Positions 24,380 to 34,077 of a DNA stretch of 41,013 nucleotides are shown here, in pieces. The DNA is from Bdellovibrionaceae bacterium UBA5009 (GTDB lineage Bacteria; Bdellovibrionota; Bdellovibrionia; Bdellovibrionales; Bdellovibrionaceae). The stretch spans positions 1 through 41,013 of the forward strand of contig DGYJ01000078.1 of the NCBI GenBank assembly GCA_002396665.1. The letters are read 5' to 3'. The notes beneath the pieces are model-generated. The model was not told the DNA's origin and ran no database searches. It was given only the letters and a program-made list of their open reading frames with translations. Made by a program: the position numbers and the translations under genes. Each line of letters opens with the position of its first letter. The stretch's first letter is position 1.

Positions 24380-25778
24380 TCAACTCTTCCAATACTGACA
24401 TTCCTAATTTCCAACCATCCCCGGCCCCAAGGGTGATCATGATGTCCTTGGCCCGAAGATGTCCCAGCATATCCACAATGCTTTTTTCTTTGGCCGGCCA
24501 GTGCATTTTATTTTTGTGTCGCAATGTTTTCAATAACTCAGAAGACGAAATTCCTGGGATTGGGTTTTCACCGGCGGCATAAATATCTTCAAGCAACAGA
24601 ACATCGGCCAGATCAAAACATTCTGCGAACTCATCCCAACACAGTTGGGTTCGCGAATACCGATGGGGCTGAAAATAAACAACTAATCTTTCGGTTGGAA
24701 ATTTTTCACGAAAGGCCTGCAGTGTCGCTTTAATTTCTGTCGGGTGATGACCGTAATCATCATAGACTTTAATTTGCTGAGCCTCGCCTTTAAAATGAAA
24801 ACGGCGATCTACGCCACCAAATATTTTTAAAGATTTTTTAATTGAATCCTGGGGAGCGCCAACAAAAAAAGCTGCTAAAACAGAGGCCGTGGCATTCAAA
24901 GCATTATGCCGCCCAGGAGTATTTAACTCAAATTGAAATGGCGAGCTTTTTGAAAATTCAAATCCAGATAAAGAATCCCCAACAAGGGAATAATTTCCTT
25001 TTTCACCATTTAAAATGTAATCATTCGAAGGGTCAAAACCATAAAATACAATTCGCTTCGGAAAATTTTCAAAAGTTTTTCTTAGAACAGGATCATCTCC
25101 GCAGGCAATCACCAATCCATAAAACGGAGTCTGCAATGCAAAATTATAAAAGGCCCGATGCAGGTTTTCAAAATTTTTATAATGATCTAAATGATCGGTA
25201 TCAATGTTTGTGATAATCGAAACTTCTGCGTGCAGCTTATGAAAGCTGCCATCGCTTTCATCGGCTTCCGCAACAATCCATTCCCCAGCGCCAAGCCTTG
25301 CAGTTGAGCCAATCAGATTAAATCGCCCCCCAACAACAATGGTGGGGTTCATTTCAGCATGGTGAAGCAAACTTCCGACCATACTTGTCGTCGTCGTTTT
25401 GCCATGGGATCCAGCAACGGCTAAGCCACGCTTCAGACGCATAATTTCTGCCAAAGCCTCTGCCCTTTGAATCAAGGGAATTTTTTTTTGACGAGCGAAT
25501 TGAATTTCTGGATTTTGAAAATTCACGGCACTTGAATACACAACAACATCGGCATCCCCGACATTTTCCTGCCTGTGGCCAATAAAAACTTGCAGCCCAA
25601 GCTCTTGCAACCTTTCGACATTGGAATTCACGGCCAAATCACTTCCAGTGACCTTTGCACCCATCCCATGAAGAAGCTCGGCCAAGCCACACATTCCGAT
25701 GCCCCCAATCCCAATAAAATGAAACTTAGAATTTTTTAAAGATTTTTGCTGGGAATTGAAGTTTGATCTCACATTCAT
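24369..25778 (-). CDS. murC: UDP-N-acetylmuramate--L-alanine ligase MurC
   Basis: 469 aa. HFIGIGGIGMCGLA, Mur ligase P-loop AVAGSHGKTTTTSM, DDYGHHPTE. Confidence 0.95.
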   Translation of the reverse strand: MNVRSNFNSQQKSLKNSKFHFIGIGGIGMCGLAELLHGMGAKVTGSDLAVNSNVERLQELGLQVFIGHRQENVGDADVVVYSSAVNFQNPEIQFARQKKIPLIQRAEALAEIMRLKRGLAVAGSHGKTTTTSMVGSLLHHAEMNPTIVVGGRFNLIGSTARLGAGEWIVAEADESDGSFHKLHAEVSIITNIDTDHLDHYKNFENLHRAFYNFALQTPFYGLVIACGDDPVLRKTFENFPKRIVFYGFDPSNDYILNGEKGNYSLVGDSLSGFEFSKSSPFQFELNTPGRHNALNATASVLAAFFVGAPQDSIKKSLKIFGGVDRRFHFKGEAQQIKVYDDYGHHPTEIKATLQAFREKFPTERLVVYFQPHRYSRTQLCWDEFAECFDLADVLLLEDIYAAGENPIPGISSSELLKTLRHKNKMHWPAKEKSIVDMLGHLRAKDIMITLGAGDGWKLGMSVLEELNGK

Positions 25779-26909
25779 TTAATTTCCGATCATCTCGTAA
25801 ATTTTCTTAGCCAGCCCATCGGCAGATTGTGGCTTGTAAAATTTTTTAATACGAGATGAATATAATTTCAATTGATCCTTGTTTTGTTTTAACTCTTCGA
25901 TGGCCTGAATCAAAACCTGGGGATTTAAATTTTTCTGCTCGATCAACTTGGCCGCTTGCTCGTTGGCAAGGACCTCGGCATTTTTAAGTTGGTGATCATC
26001 CGCCGCCGCGGGGTAAGGAATAAGTATTGCAGCCTTACCACAGGCTGCAAGTTCTGCCACCGTGCTAGCCCCAGAACGACAAATCACTAAATCAGCCCAA
26101 GCATACTGGACTGGCATATCATGCAAGTACTCAAGAGCCTGAACACCAACTAAGCCTTCATATTTTTTTTGAATCTCAGAAAAATCGTAGACCCCCGTTT
26201 GATGACGAATCAAAATATCTTTTCGCCATTCACTTCCGTCAATCACTGCGCTGGACACGGCTTGATTGATCGCACGCGCGCCTTGGCTTCCGCCAAAAAC
26301 TAAGATTTTGAATTTGTTCATGTCCTCGCTGAATGACTTATTTGATGTTTCCGATGAAACATCGGAAGGCTGAACTTTGGCTAAAGACCTTTCAATTTCT
26401 GCACGGACAGGCAAGCCCACAACTTCTATTCGGTCCGATTTAAAAAACTTTTTCGACTCTTCAAAAACAACGAAACATTTTTTTACAAATCGCGAAAGCC
26501 AACGATTGGTCATCCCCGGGATGGCGTTGGGTTCCCACAGGGCTGTTTTAAAGCCAAACAACGAGGCCATCAATACAAATGGGCCAGATGCATAGCCGCC
26601 AACACCCAAGACAACCAAAGGCTGAAGTTCAAAAAGCAAAGATACCGATTGAAAAAAACTTTTCGGCAATTTTAAAATCGTCAGTATTTTTTTTATTTTC
26701 GAACCACCATGATTAAGCTGGCCAACCTCGATCAAATGCAGTGGCCAGCCCTCGCGGGGAACGATTTTAGTTTCTAATCCTTTAGATGTTCCGACAAAAT
26801 GAATTTCTAGTGTTGGATCTAATTTTTTAAGGGACTGGGCAATAGCCACTGCGGGATAGATGTGTCCCCCAGTTCCCCCACCAGCTATGACAATTTTTTT
26901 TATGCTCAT
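25779..26909 (-). CDS. murG: undecaprenyldiphospho-muramoylpentapeptide beta-N-acetylglucosaminyltransferase MurG
   Basis: 376 aa. N-terminal GGGTGGHIYPA, then GGSQGA and ICRSGASTVAEL...PYPAAADDHQ..NA. Confidence 0.95.
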   Translation of the reverse strand: MSIKKIVIAGGGTGGHIYPAVAIAQSLKKLDPTLEIHFVGTSKGLETKIVPREGWPLHLIEVGQLNHGGSKIKKILTILKLPKSFFQSVSLLFELQPLVVLGVGGYASGPFVLMASLFGFKTALWEPNAIPGMTNRWLSRFVKKCFVVFEESKKFFKSDRIEVVGLPVRAEIERSLAKVQPSDVSSETSNKSFSEDMNKFKILVFGGSQGARAINQAVSSAVIDGSEWRKDILIRHQTGVYDFSEIQKKYEGLVGVQALEYLHDMPVQYAWADLVICRSGASTVAELAACGKAAILIPYPAAADDHQLKNAEVLANEQAAKLIEQKNLNPQVLIQAIEELKQNKDQLKLYSSRIKKFYKPQSADGLAKKIYEMIGN

Positions 26910-26917
26910 GAATTCCC

Positions 26918-28015
26918 TTATTGAAAAGGATGTTCGTTAAGATTTTTTTCGATATTGATCAGCAATCCAAACAGAATGCAAAAACCAATCAACGAACTGC
27001 CGCCATAACTTAGAAATGGCAGCGTCAGACCTTTGGTTGGAAGAATTCCCAACACCACACCCATATTAATAAAAATGGAAAATGAAAAAATAAGGCCAAA
27101 TCCCAAAGCCAACATTTTTTTAAACGAATGATTGCAACGAAATGCAATTTGAAATGACTTAAATACCACAAAACCATAAAGACTCAGCAAAACAAGAAAG
27201 CCTAAGAAACCCATCTCTTCACCAAAAACTGCAAGGGTAAAATCAGTATGGGCCTCTGGCAAAAAGAAAAGTTTCCCCTGCCCTTGCCCAAGACCCGCCC
27301 CTGTAATTCCACCTGAATGAAAACTAAGCATACTTTGAATCACTTGAAAACCTTTGTGCTCTGGGTCCGCCCATGGATCTAAAAAGGCCAAAACACGCGC
27401 ACGTCGATAGGGAACGGACATCACTAAAAAATAAAATGCCGGGGCTGCCAAACTCAAAAAGGCAATGATGTAGCGCCATTGCAAACCGAAGGCAAAAAGC
27501 AAACTAAAGCCCACCATGGTGATCAGGGCAAAAGTTCCAAAATCAGGTTGCTTCAAAAAAAGAACAAAAGGCAACACTAAGGTTAAAAGCAAAGCCCAAA
27601 GTGGATAGTCTTTCAGTTGATTTTGTTTGCGATGAAGTAATGTTGTAAAGAAAAGGACGAAGGCAATTTTCATCATCTCTGCAGGTTCAAGGCGAAAGCC
27701 GAATGGCAACTGAATCCATCGAAGGGCCCCACCCACACGCACACCAACACCTGGAATAAATATCAAAAACAGCGCCAAAGTTCCCACCGGCCAGGTCAGC
27801 CAGGACCATTTTTCGATCCAGCGAAATGGCATATGGATTGTTCCCAGCATCACCAAGAAACCGACAACAGCAAACAGCAGTTGTCGTTTAAAAAAGAAGA
27901 GGCCGTCACCGTAATTTTCGGTGGCTAGGATAAAACTTGAACTATAAACTTGGACTACGCCAACACCTAAAAGGGTTAGAATCGCTAAGAGCAGACTTGA
28001 TGATAAATATTTCAT
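26918..28015 (-). CDS. ftsW: SEDS-family peptidoglycan polymerase FtsW
   Basis: 365 aa, polytopic. Motifs RWIQLPFGFRLEPAEMMKIA, PDFGT, EAHTDF, LTLPFLSYGGSS. Positioned between murD and murG. Confidence 0.9.
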   Translation of the reverse strand: MKYLSSSLLLAILTLLGVGVVQVYSSSFILATENYGDGLFFFKRQLLFAVVGFLVMLGTIHMPFRWIEKWSWLTWPVGTLALFLIFIPGVGVRVGGALRWIQLPFGFRLEPAEMMKIAFVLFFTTLLHRKQNQLKDYPLWALLLTLVLPFVLFLKQPDFGTFALITMVGFSLLFAFGLQWRYIIAFLSLAAPAFYFLVMSVPYRRARVLAFLDPWADPEHKGFQVIQSMLSFHSGGITGAGLGQGQGKLFFLPEAHTDFTLAVFGEEMGFLGFLVLLSLYGFVVFKSFQIAFRCNHSFKKMLALGFGLIFSFSIFINMGVVLGILPTKGLTLPFLSYGGSSLIGFCILFGLLINIEKNLNEHPFQ

Positions 28016-28030
28016 GACCTTAGTTTAACG

Positions 28031-28070
28031 AAAAAGGCCAGCCCCTGTCTTTTTAAAAAACAAAGACTGG
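28031..28070 (-). terminator. possible weak terminator between the small lipoprotein gene and ftsW
   Basis: On the minus strand, CCA-GTCTTT-gttttttaa-AAAGAC-aggggc-TGG is followed by CCTTTTT. The stem is imperfect, so this is speculative. Confidence 0.2.
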
Positions 28071-28078
28071 ACTTCGGT

Positions 28079-28450
28079 TTAATCAACTAGGTCGTCTTTT
28101 TCTTTCGAATCTTTAGCTGCAGGAGCAGCTGGAGCTGCTGGTTTTGCAGAAGAATTTGACTTCACAGCCGCTTTTGCAGACGGAGAACAGCAATAAACTA
28201 ATCCAAAAATATCAGATGCATTTTTGTAACTAGTTACTGTGTAGGGCTTACTTCCATCACATTTTTTTGCCATTTGCAGATTCAATTCAACAGCGGCATC
28301 GTTGTGATCATCGCCATTGACGAAATCACAGTATACACCAGAAGATTGAGCGACTTTATCACGTTGCTCTTCTCTTTCTTTGTACATAGACGAACAAGAT
28401 GAAAGAACAACAGAGACTAATACGAGTAATGCTACAGACGAACGAATCAC
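28079..28450 (-). CDS. small lipoprotein of unknown function embedded in the dcw cluster
   Basis: GTG at 28450 is preceded by AAGGAGG (CCCTCCT at 28454-28460 on +). The lipoprotein signal is VIRSSVALLVLVSVVLSSC. It is 123 aa with an acidic, Pro/Ala-rich tail AKPAAPAAPAAKDSKEKDDLVD. The longer track ORF would overlap the murD 3' end and is rejected. Confidence 0.6.
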   Translation of the reverse strand: MIRSSVALLVLVSVVLSSCSSMYKEREEQRDKVAQSSGVYCDFVNGDDHNDAAVELNLQMAKKCDGSKPYTVTSYKNASDIFGLVYCCSPSAKAAVKSNSSAKPAAPAAPAAKDSKEKDDLVD

Positions 28451-28472
28451 AAACCCTCCTTGGGTGACGCCA

Positions 28473-29861
28473 TCATCGAAATTTCGAAACGATTTCTTTG
28501 AAATAATCGCCTCTCTCTTCGAAACTGTCAAACATATCAAAGCTTGAACAGCCCGGAGACAGAAGGACGATGTCACCAATTCTGGACTTTTGGTAAGCGA
28601 TCAAAACAGCTTCTTCGAAAGTTCCAATTAAAAACGTTTCACTGAAGTCACCAAGGTCTCGGTTGATTCTTTCTTTGGCTTCACCAACCAGGATCAAAGT
28701 CTTGACCTTTCGTTTCACCATATTGCGAAGGGGTTCGTAATTTAGATTCGTATCCTTACCACCCGCAATCAAAATCACATTTTCGTCAAAAGTATCCAAA
28801 GATCTCAGGACGGCGTGAACATTGGTCGCTTTCGAATCATTGTAGAACATGACCCCACCCACTTTACGAACATACTCAATTCTGTGAGGCAAACTTTTAA
28901 AAGTATCAATCACAGATTGGATCGCATCGTGTTTTGCTCCATGCTCGCGCGCGACAAGAATCGCCGCCATGATATTTTCAATCGAATGTTTACCACGCAT
29001 CTTCATATCTTTGATCGAGTAGTATTCGATCTCGGGACCTGTACGCACACGGATCTCGTGACCAATATTCACAGCTCCACCGATATTCATGATTTGAGGC
29101 TCCAAAGCTTGCTTGCGAGAAAAATAAAAAATTCTTCCGCGCTGAACTGAAGGGTCACGGGCTAACTCGACAACTGCGTTGTCGTCAGCATTTAAAATAG
29201 ATGTTGTGGCTTGATTAGTATTTTTAAATATTTTGCGTTTTGCATTGATGTATTCTTCCATCGAACGATAGCGATCCAAATGGTTTTCGGCCAAATTTGT
29301 AAACACGATATTATTCGGATTGAAATTGTCACAATGTTCAAGCATGAAGCCAGACACTTCCGCGATCACGACATTGCACTTTTCATTGTAGCGCAAATAG
29401 TCCGTCATTGGTTTTTCATTTGAACCGCCCACCCAGCATGTCAAACCAGAAGCTTTCAAAAACGATTCAGCCAATCTTGCCACTGTTGTTTTTCCATTTG
29501 TACCCGTCACACCAATGATAGGCTCTTTAATAAAAGCAGAAACGAATTCAAACTCGCCAGTTACTTTAATGCCTTGGCTACGGGCATAGTCGAAAATTTT
29601 TAAATTCGAAGGAACTCCCGGACTTAATACAACAAGATCTTGTTGCAAAAAAACTTTTGGCGAGTGGCTTCCCAATTCAAATTTGATCGGAAGTCCTTCA
29701 AGTTGTTCAAGCTGAGCAGATAATTCTGGCTTCGATTTGTGATCAGTGACAGTCACTTGGGCTTGGTGTTGAGTCAAAAAGTGCGACAAAGACACCCCTG
29801 TTTTACCAAGTCCAACTATCAATATACGTTTATCTTTTAATTCGCTGAGTTCTTTGTACAT
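28473..29861 (-). CDS. murD: UDP-N-acetylmuramoylalanine--D-glutamate ligase MurD
   Basis: 462 aa. N-terminal Rossmann motif VGLGKTG, P-loop GVTGTNGKTT, HRIE..., and SPGCSSFDMF at the C-terminus. Confidence 0.95.
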   Translation of the reverse strand: MYKELSELKDKRILIVGLGKTGVSLSHFLTQHQAQVTVTDHKSKPELSAQLEQLEGLPIKFELGSHSPKVFLQQDLVVLSPGVPSNLKIFDYARSQGIKVTGEFEFVSAFIKEPIIGVTGTNGKTTVARLAESFLKASGLTCWVGGSNEKPMTDYLRYNEKCNVVIAEVSGFMLEHCDNFNPNNIVFTNLAENHLDRYRSMEEYINAKRKIFKNTNQATTSILNADDNAVVELARDPSVQRGRIFYFSRKQALEPQIMNIGGAVNIGHEIRVRTGPEIEYYSIKDMKMRGKHSIENIMAAILVAREHGAKHDAIQSVIDTFKSLPHRIEYVRKVGGVMFYNDSKATNVHAVLRSLDTFDENVILIAGGKDTNLNYEPLRNMVKRKVKTLILVGEAKERINRDLGDFSETFLIGTFEEAVLIAYQKSRIGDIVLLSPGCSSFDMFDSFEERGDYFKEIVSKFR

Positions 29862-29913
29862 GGGATTTCCTTTTTTATAATTCTTCTTTTTATAAATTTA
29901 ATTCGTCTTGCAA

Positions 29914-30990
29914 TTATCTGAGCTTTAAAGTCGCAAGACTCAAGGCTGCTAAAAGAATCGAGATGATCCAAAAGCGTATGATAATTTTAGTTTCCGTCAA
30001 ACCCTTCAGCTCGTAATGATGATGAAGTGGGGCCATTTTAAAGACTCGCTTGCCCGTGGTTTTGAATGATATCACTTGAATGATCACCGACATCATTTCT
30101 GCAACGAACACCCCACCTAAAACAATCATCAACAATTCATTCTTCGTAAGAACAGCCATTGTCCCCAAAAATCCACCCAAACTTAAACTTCCAACATCAC
30201 CCATAAAAACCTGGGCAGGATAGGTATTGAACCACAAAAATCCAAGGCCTGCGGCCACGATAGTTGCTGCTAATGGAGCAAGTTCACCGGCCCCAACGAC
30301 ATGGGGAATTTGCAAATAACTTGCGATACTGTAGTGGCCCGCAATGTAAGCAAAAAGTCCAAGAGTCGTTGCTGCAATAATCACAGGAACAATGGCCAAG
30401 CCATCTAAACCATCAGTGAAGTTCACGGCATTTGCAGTTCCAACAATCACGAAGCCCGCAAACACGATATAAAAATATCCCAAGTCAAAACTAAGTGATT
30501 TCACAAAGGGAATGCTGACCACTGTTGAAAGTCCAAACCAGTGGATCAAAACAAACACCACAGCCATTGAAATTCCAAACTCGCCAACAAGCCTCACTTT
30601 TCCCGAAAGGCCCTTTGTATTTTTTTTGCTCACTTTAAGATAATCATCCATGTAGCCAATTAGACCGAAAGCCCATGTGATCAGTAACACGCCCCAAACC
30701 ATGGCATTGTAAATATCCATCCACAAAAGGCAGGGGATCAACGTGCTTAGCAAAATCAAGCCACCACCCATTGTTGGTGTTCCAGCTTTTTTCTTGTGGG
30801 TCTGAGGGCCATCATCACGAATACTTTGGCCAAAATGTTTTTCTTTCAAACGACGAATAAAGATCGGACCCCACATAACACAGATAAAAAATGCTGTGAA
30901 AAATGAAATAAAGGTACGAACTGTAATGTAGCGAAAGATATTGAATAGCGAATAATCACTGACGAGGGAGTATAACCATTGATAAAGCAT
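29914..30990 (-). CDS. mraY: phospho-N-acetylmuramoyl-pentapeptide transferase MraY
   Basis: 358 aa, polytopic. Motifs [44 protein letters not shown]. Confidence 0.97.
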   Translation of the reverse strand: MLYQWLYSLVSDYSLFNIFRYITVRTFISFFTAFFICVMWGPIFIRRLKEKHFGQSIRDDGPQTHKKKAGTPTMGGGLILLSTLIPCLLWMDIYNAMVWGVLLITWAFGLIGYMDDYLKVSKKNTKGLSGKVRLVGEFGISMAVVFVLIHWFGLSTVVSIPFVKSLSFDLGYFYIVFAGFVIVGTANAVNFTDGLDGLAIVPVIIAATTLGLFAYIAGHYSIASYLQIPHVVGAGELAPLAATIVAAGLGFLWFNTYPAQVFMGDVGSLSLGGFLGTMAVLTKNELLMIVLGGVFVAEMMSVIIQVISFKTTGKRVFKMAPLHHHYELKGLTETKIIIRFWIISILLAALSLATLKLR

Positions 30991-31074
30991 TTTGTAGGGT
31001 TAGCACATTCTGTTTATCAATTGCAAGCGAAAGTTGATAACCCAACGATTTCATTTAAGTTTTTTGTATAAAAA

Positions 31075-32511
31075 CTAATCTTTCTTTTCAGAAAATCCGA
31101 TGGGCTTCAATGGCAAAATCATTCTTTCTAACTTCATGCCGCGTGATCCTTTCACAATCACCACATCGTCAGATTGAACTTTTGTGGCCAAATCATCTGC
31201 CAGTGAAGATTCAAATTCTGACACAATCTTTGCGACGACTTTAGAGCTTTGATTTTGCTCTAATGCTTCTTGAAATCCTTTTTGAAAAGCAGAGTGGTCT
31301 TTTCCGTAAAAATAAACTCGATCAAATCCACTTTCACCAACTAAATGACCTAGCTCTTCATGCAAAGGGGCCGACATATCCCCAAGTTCTAACATTTGGG
31401 CAAAGACGCCAATTTTTTGCCCCCCCAAATTGATCTTCGAAATATTTCCAAGCAAGGCCTTCATGCTATCAGGGTTTGCATTGTATCCATCAAATAAAAT
31501 TTTCGTATTTTTTTCTGTCTTCAGCCATTGATTGCGTCCCCAGTTCGTCTTGCATTCAGAAAGTCCTTTCCAAATTTGTTCAGGCGTCAAGCCCGCCGCT
31601 AAAGATAAACTTGCTGCCGCTGAAAGGTTATTCAAATTGTGTTCACCGAAAACGGGGACCTTCACCGATCCTTCGACACCTGCAATTTTACCTTCTAATG
31701 TTAATGATTCCATTTCGATTGTTTTCACACGCAAATAAACATCTGCCTTTGCATGCAGACAAGAAAAAGTCATCTTCGGGGACTTGGGGTAAAACTTCAC
31801 TGCCTTTTGAAACATTTTAAATGTGTATGGATTATCTAAATTGTAAATTCTTAAAGTTTTACTGCTCGAAGAATTGTAAATTTCTTCCTTGGCTTCAGCA
31901 ATTTTTTCAACAGAACCAAAATGCTCGATATGGCCACGGCCCACCATGGTGCAAGTCACAACGTCAGGATCTGCAATTTCCACAAGTCGTGTGATTTCGC
32001 CCGCATGATTCATACCCATTTCAACAACGGCCACTTCGTGTTGGGGCTCGATGGCCAACAAGGTTAGCGGAACTCCCCAGTGATTATTAAATGAGCCTTT
32101 GTTGTAGTGGGTTTTTTTAACTGTGGACAAAATCGCCGCTGTAAATTCTTTGGTTGTGGTTTTTCCATTAGAACCCGTAATCCCTAAAATTTGGGCCTTC
32201 ATTGTTTTACGATAATGGTGGGCCAAATCCTGCAACGCTTTCAAAGTATCTTTAACCAAAAATACAGTGACATTATTTTTAATTTTTTCGATTTCAGGAG
32301 TCTGTTGATGAATCAAAATCCCAGCTGCGTTCTTGGCGGCAGCCTGACCAAGAAATTGATGGGCGTCAAACTGATCCCCTTGCAAAGCCACGAAGAGCTT
32401 CCCTGTCAGATCCACACGCGTGTCTGTGCCGACCGCAGAGAATTCTTTATTGGGCTCTGATAAAATTTGTGCCCCTGTCCAATTTGCTATTTGTGCTGAA
32501 TTCAATTTCAT
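31075..32511 (-). CDS. murF: UDP-N-acetylmuramoyl-tripeptide--D-alanyl-D-alanine ligase MurF
   Basis: 478 aa. TDTR near the N-terminus, P-loop GITGSNGKTTTKE, DGYNANPDSM. Positioned between murE and mraY. Confidence 0.9.
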   Translation of the reverse strand: MKLNSAQIANWTGAQILSEPNKEFSAVGTDTRVDLTGKLFVALQGDQFDAHQFLGQAAAKNAAGILIHQQTPEIEKIKNNVTVFLVKDTLKALQDLAHHYRKTMKAQILGITGSNGKTTTKEFTAAILSTVKKTHYNKGSFNNHWGVPLTLLAIEPQHEVAVVEMGMNHAGEITRLVEIADPDVVTCTMVGRGHIEHFGSVEKIAEAKEEIYNSSSSKTLRIYNLDNPYTFKMFQKAVKFYPKSPKMTFSCLHAKADVYLRVKTIEMESLTLEGKIAGVEGSVKVPVFGEHNLNNLSAAASLSLAAGLTPEQIWKGLSECKTNWGRNQWLKTEKNTKILFDGYNANPDSMKALLGNISKINLGGQKIGVFAQMLELGDMSAPLHEELGHLVGESGFDRVYFYGKDHSAFQKGFQEALEQNQSSKVVAKIVSEFESSLADDLATKVQSDDVVIVKGSRGMKLERMILPLKPIGFSEKKD

Positions 32512-32551
32512 AACATCCTCATCTTGTCCAATTTACTTTCATCTGTTCGCT

Positions 32552-34033
32552 CTATTTATAAAAATTTCTCACCACTTCAAAATCGCTAAAGGGAGTCTTC
32601 TCTTTTCCAATAATTTGATAATCTTCGTGACCTTTTCCTGCGATCAAAATGACATCACCTATTTTTGAATTTCTTAACGCATACTGGATGGCTTTGCTGC
32701 GATCAATTTCAGTGTGCAAATCTGAACTAGAACTTTTTGTCATCCCTTTTAATATTTGTTCAATAATTTGCAGAGGATCCTCGGTCCTGGGGTTATCCGA
32801 AGTTACAACAACATGATCAGAATATTTTTCGGCCATGGCTGCCATCATTGGACGCTTGCCTGGGTCCCGATCCCCACCACAACCAAAAATTGTCCAAATA
32901 GCATTATTCTTTTTTTGTTGCTGACGAACAGCTTGCAATGATTTCAAAACATTTTCTAAGGCATCTGGTGTATGCGCATAATCGACAAAAATATATTTTT
33001 GATCCGGATTGGTGACAGATTGCAGACGCCCCGGAACACCACTAAAATCACTTAAAGACTTTACGACCTGTGAAAGCTTCGCACCTGCAGAAAGTCCAAC
33101 GGCCATGGCCGCCAAGGCATTCATCACATTGTGACGCCCGCCCAAGGGCAAATTAATTTCTTCATTCCCAAAGGGGGTCAATGCTTTAAAAACTGTTCGA
33201 TTGTAATCCTCTGACAAAATTTCATAGCGAAAATCTGCATAGTTTTCACCATAGGTCCACAGATCGGCGCGGTCAGACACCCGAAGCTGACGACCAAAAT
33301 GATCATCGGAATTCACAATGGCAAAAATTGGATTTTTGTTGCTCTTCCAAAGTAAGTCCGTAAACAATCTTTGCTTTGCTAAAAAATAATTCTGCATTGT
33401 TTTGTGATAATCCAAATGATCCCTTGTCAGATTTGTAAAAACAACACAATCAAAAGGAACGCTATCTGCACGCTTCTGTGCTAGCGCATGACTTGAGACC
33501 TCCATGGCCACGGCCTTTGCCCCGGCTTGAACAAATTCGCTGAGTCTTTTTTGTAAAGACAAGGGATCTGGCGTGGTCATTTCCGTGGGCCAAATTTGAT
33601 TTTGAAAGTGGTGATTAATTGTTCCAATCACGGCTGTTGGCCGCTTGGCATCGCTTAAAATGGCTTCAATCAAATAGGTCAACGACGTCTTGCCATTGGT
33701 ACCGGTCACGCCGACACAATAAAGACTTTCCCCCGGATGACCATAGAATGTGGAACCTAATTTATCAAGCAAGGCCCTGGTGTCTTCAACACGAACAACC
33801 ACTCCTGTAAATAAGGGTGGGATTTTTTTTGGATTGTCGACAACAAGCACTAAGGCGCCTTTTTGAACAGCTTCCTCAAGGTAATCGTGACCATCCGCGG
33901 ACTCGCCCCGAACTGCAACAAAAAGTGAACCCAAATGCACATGCCGGGTGTCGCAGACGACATTTTCGATTTCCAAGGGCGGCAAAGTTTGATTCACATC
34001 TTTGATATGAAAAAATAGTTGTTGCAGTTTCAT
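32552..34033 (-). CDS. murE: UDP-N-acetylmuramoyl-L-alanyl-D-glutamate--2,6-diaminopimelate ligase MurE
   Basis: 493 aa. CDTRHV, P-loop GVTGTNGKTS, DYAHTPDALE, and GCGGDRDPGKRP, which includes the DNPR-type motif (SDNPRTEDP) associated with meso-DAP specificity. Confidence 0.95.
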   Translation of the reverse strand: MKLQQLFFHIKDVNQTLPPLEIENVVCDTRHVHLGSLFVAVRGESADGHDYLEEAVQKGALVLVVDNPKKIPPLFTGVVVRVEDTRALLDKLGSTFYGHPGESLYCVGVTGTNGKTSLTYLIEAILSDAKRPTAVIGTINHHFQNQIWPTEMTTPDPLSLQKRLSEFVQAGAKAVAMEVSSHALAQKRADSVPFDCVVFTNLTRDHLDYHKTMQNYFLAKQRLFTDLLWKSNKNPIFAIVNSDDHFGRQLRVSDRADLWTYGENYADFRYEILSEDYNRTVFKALTPFGNEEINLPLGGRHNVMNALAAMAVGLSAGAKLSQVVKSLSDFSGVPGRLQSVTNPDQKYIFVDYAHTPDALENVLKSLQAVRQQQKKNNAIWTIFGCGGDRDPGKRPMMAAMAEKYSDHVVVTSDNPRTEDPLQIIEQILKGMTKSSSSDLHTEIDRSKAIQYALRNSKIGDVILIAGKGHEDYQIIGKEKTPFSDFEVVRNFYK

Positions 34034-34077
34034 AGAAAGATCGTATTTCTATTTTTTTCGAAGAGCAAGGAGACCCC

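Noticed and set aside
25481-25489. T9 homopolymer (A9 on the coding strand) inside murC, and similar A8-A9 runs in murG and elsewhere, as possible phase-variation tracts
   Set aside because: They encode Lys-Lys (AAA AAA) in an AT-rich genome and lie in essential genes. The frame is intact, so there is nothing to suggest regulated slippage.
28451-28579. Upstream extension of the small lipoprotein ORF, overlapping the murD 3' end
   Set aside because: The extension has no RBS and would bury the signal peptide. The GTG at 28450 has a perfect AAGGAGG and begins a canonical lipoprotein leader.
31014-31040. Inverted repeat TTATCAA-N13-TTGATAA between murF and mraY as a terminator
   Set aside because: It is a 7-bp, A/T-rich stem with a 13-nt loop and no U-tract, and it lies inside an operon. 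It is too weak to call.
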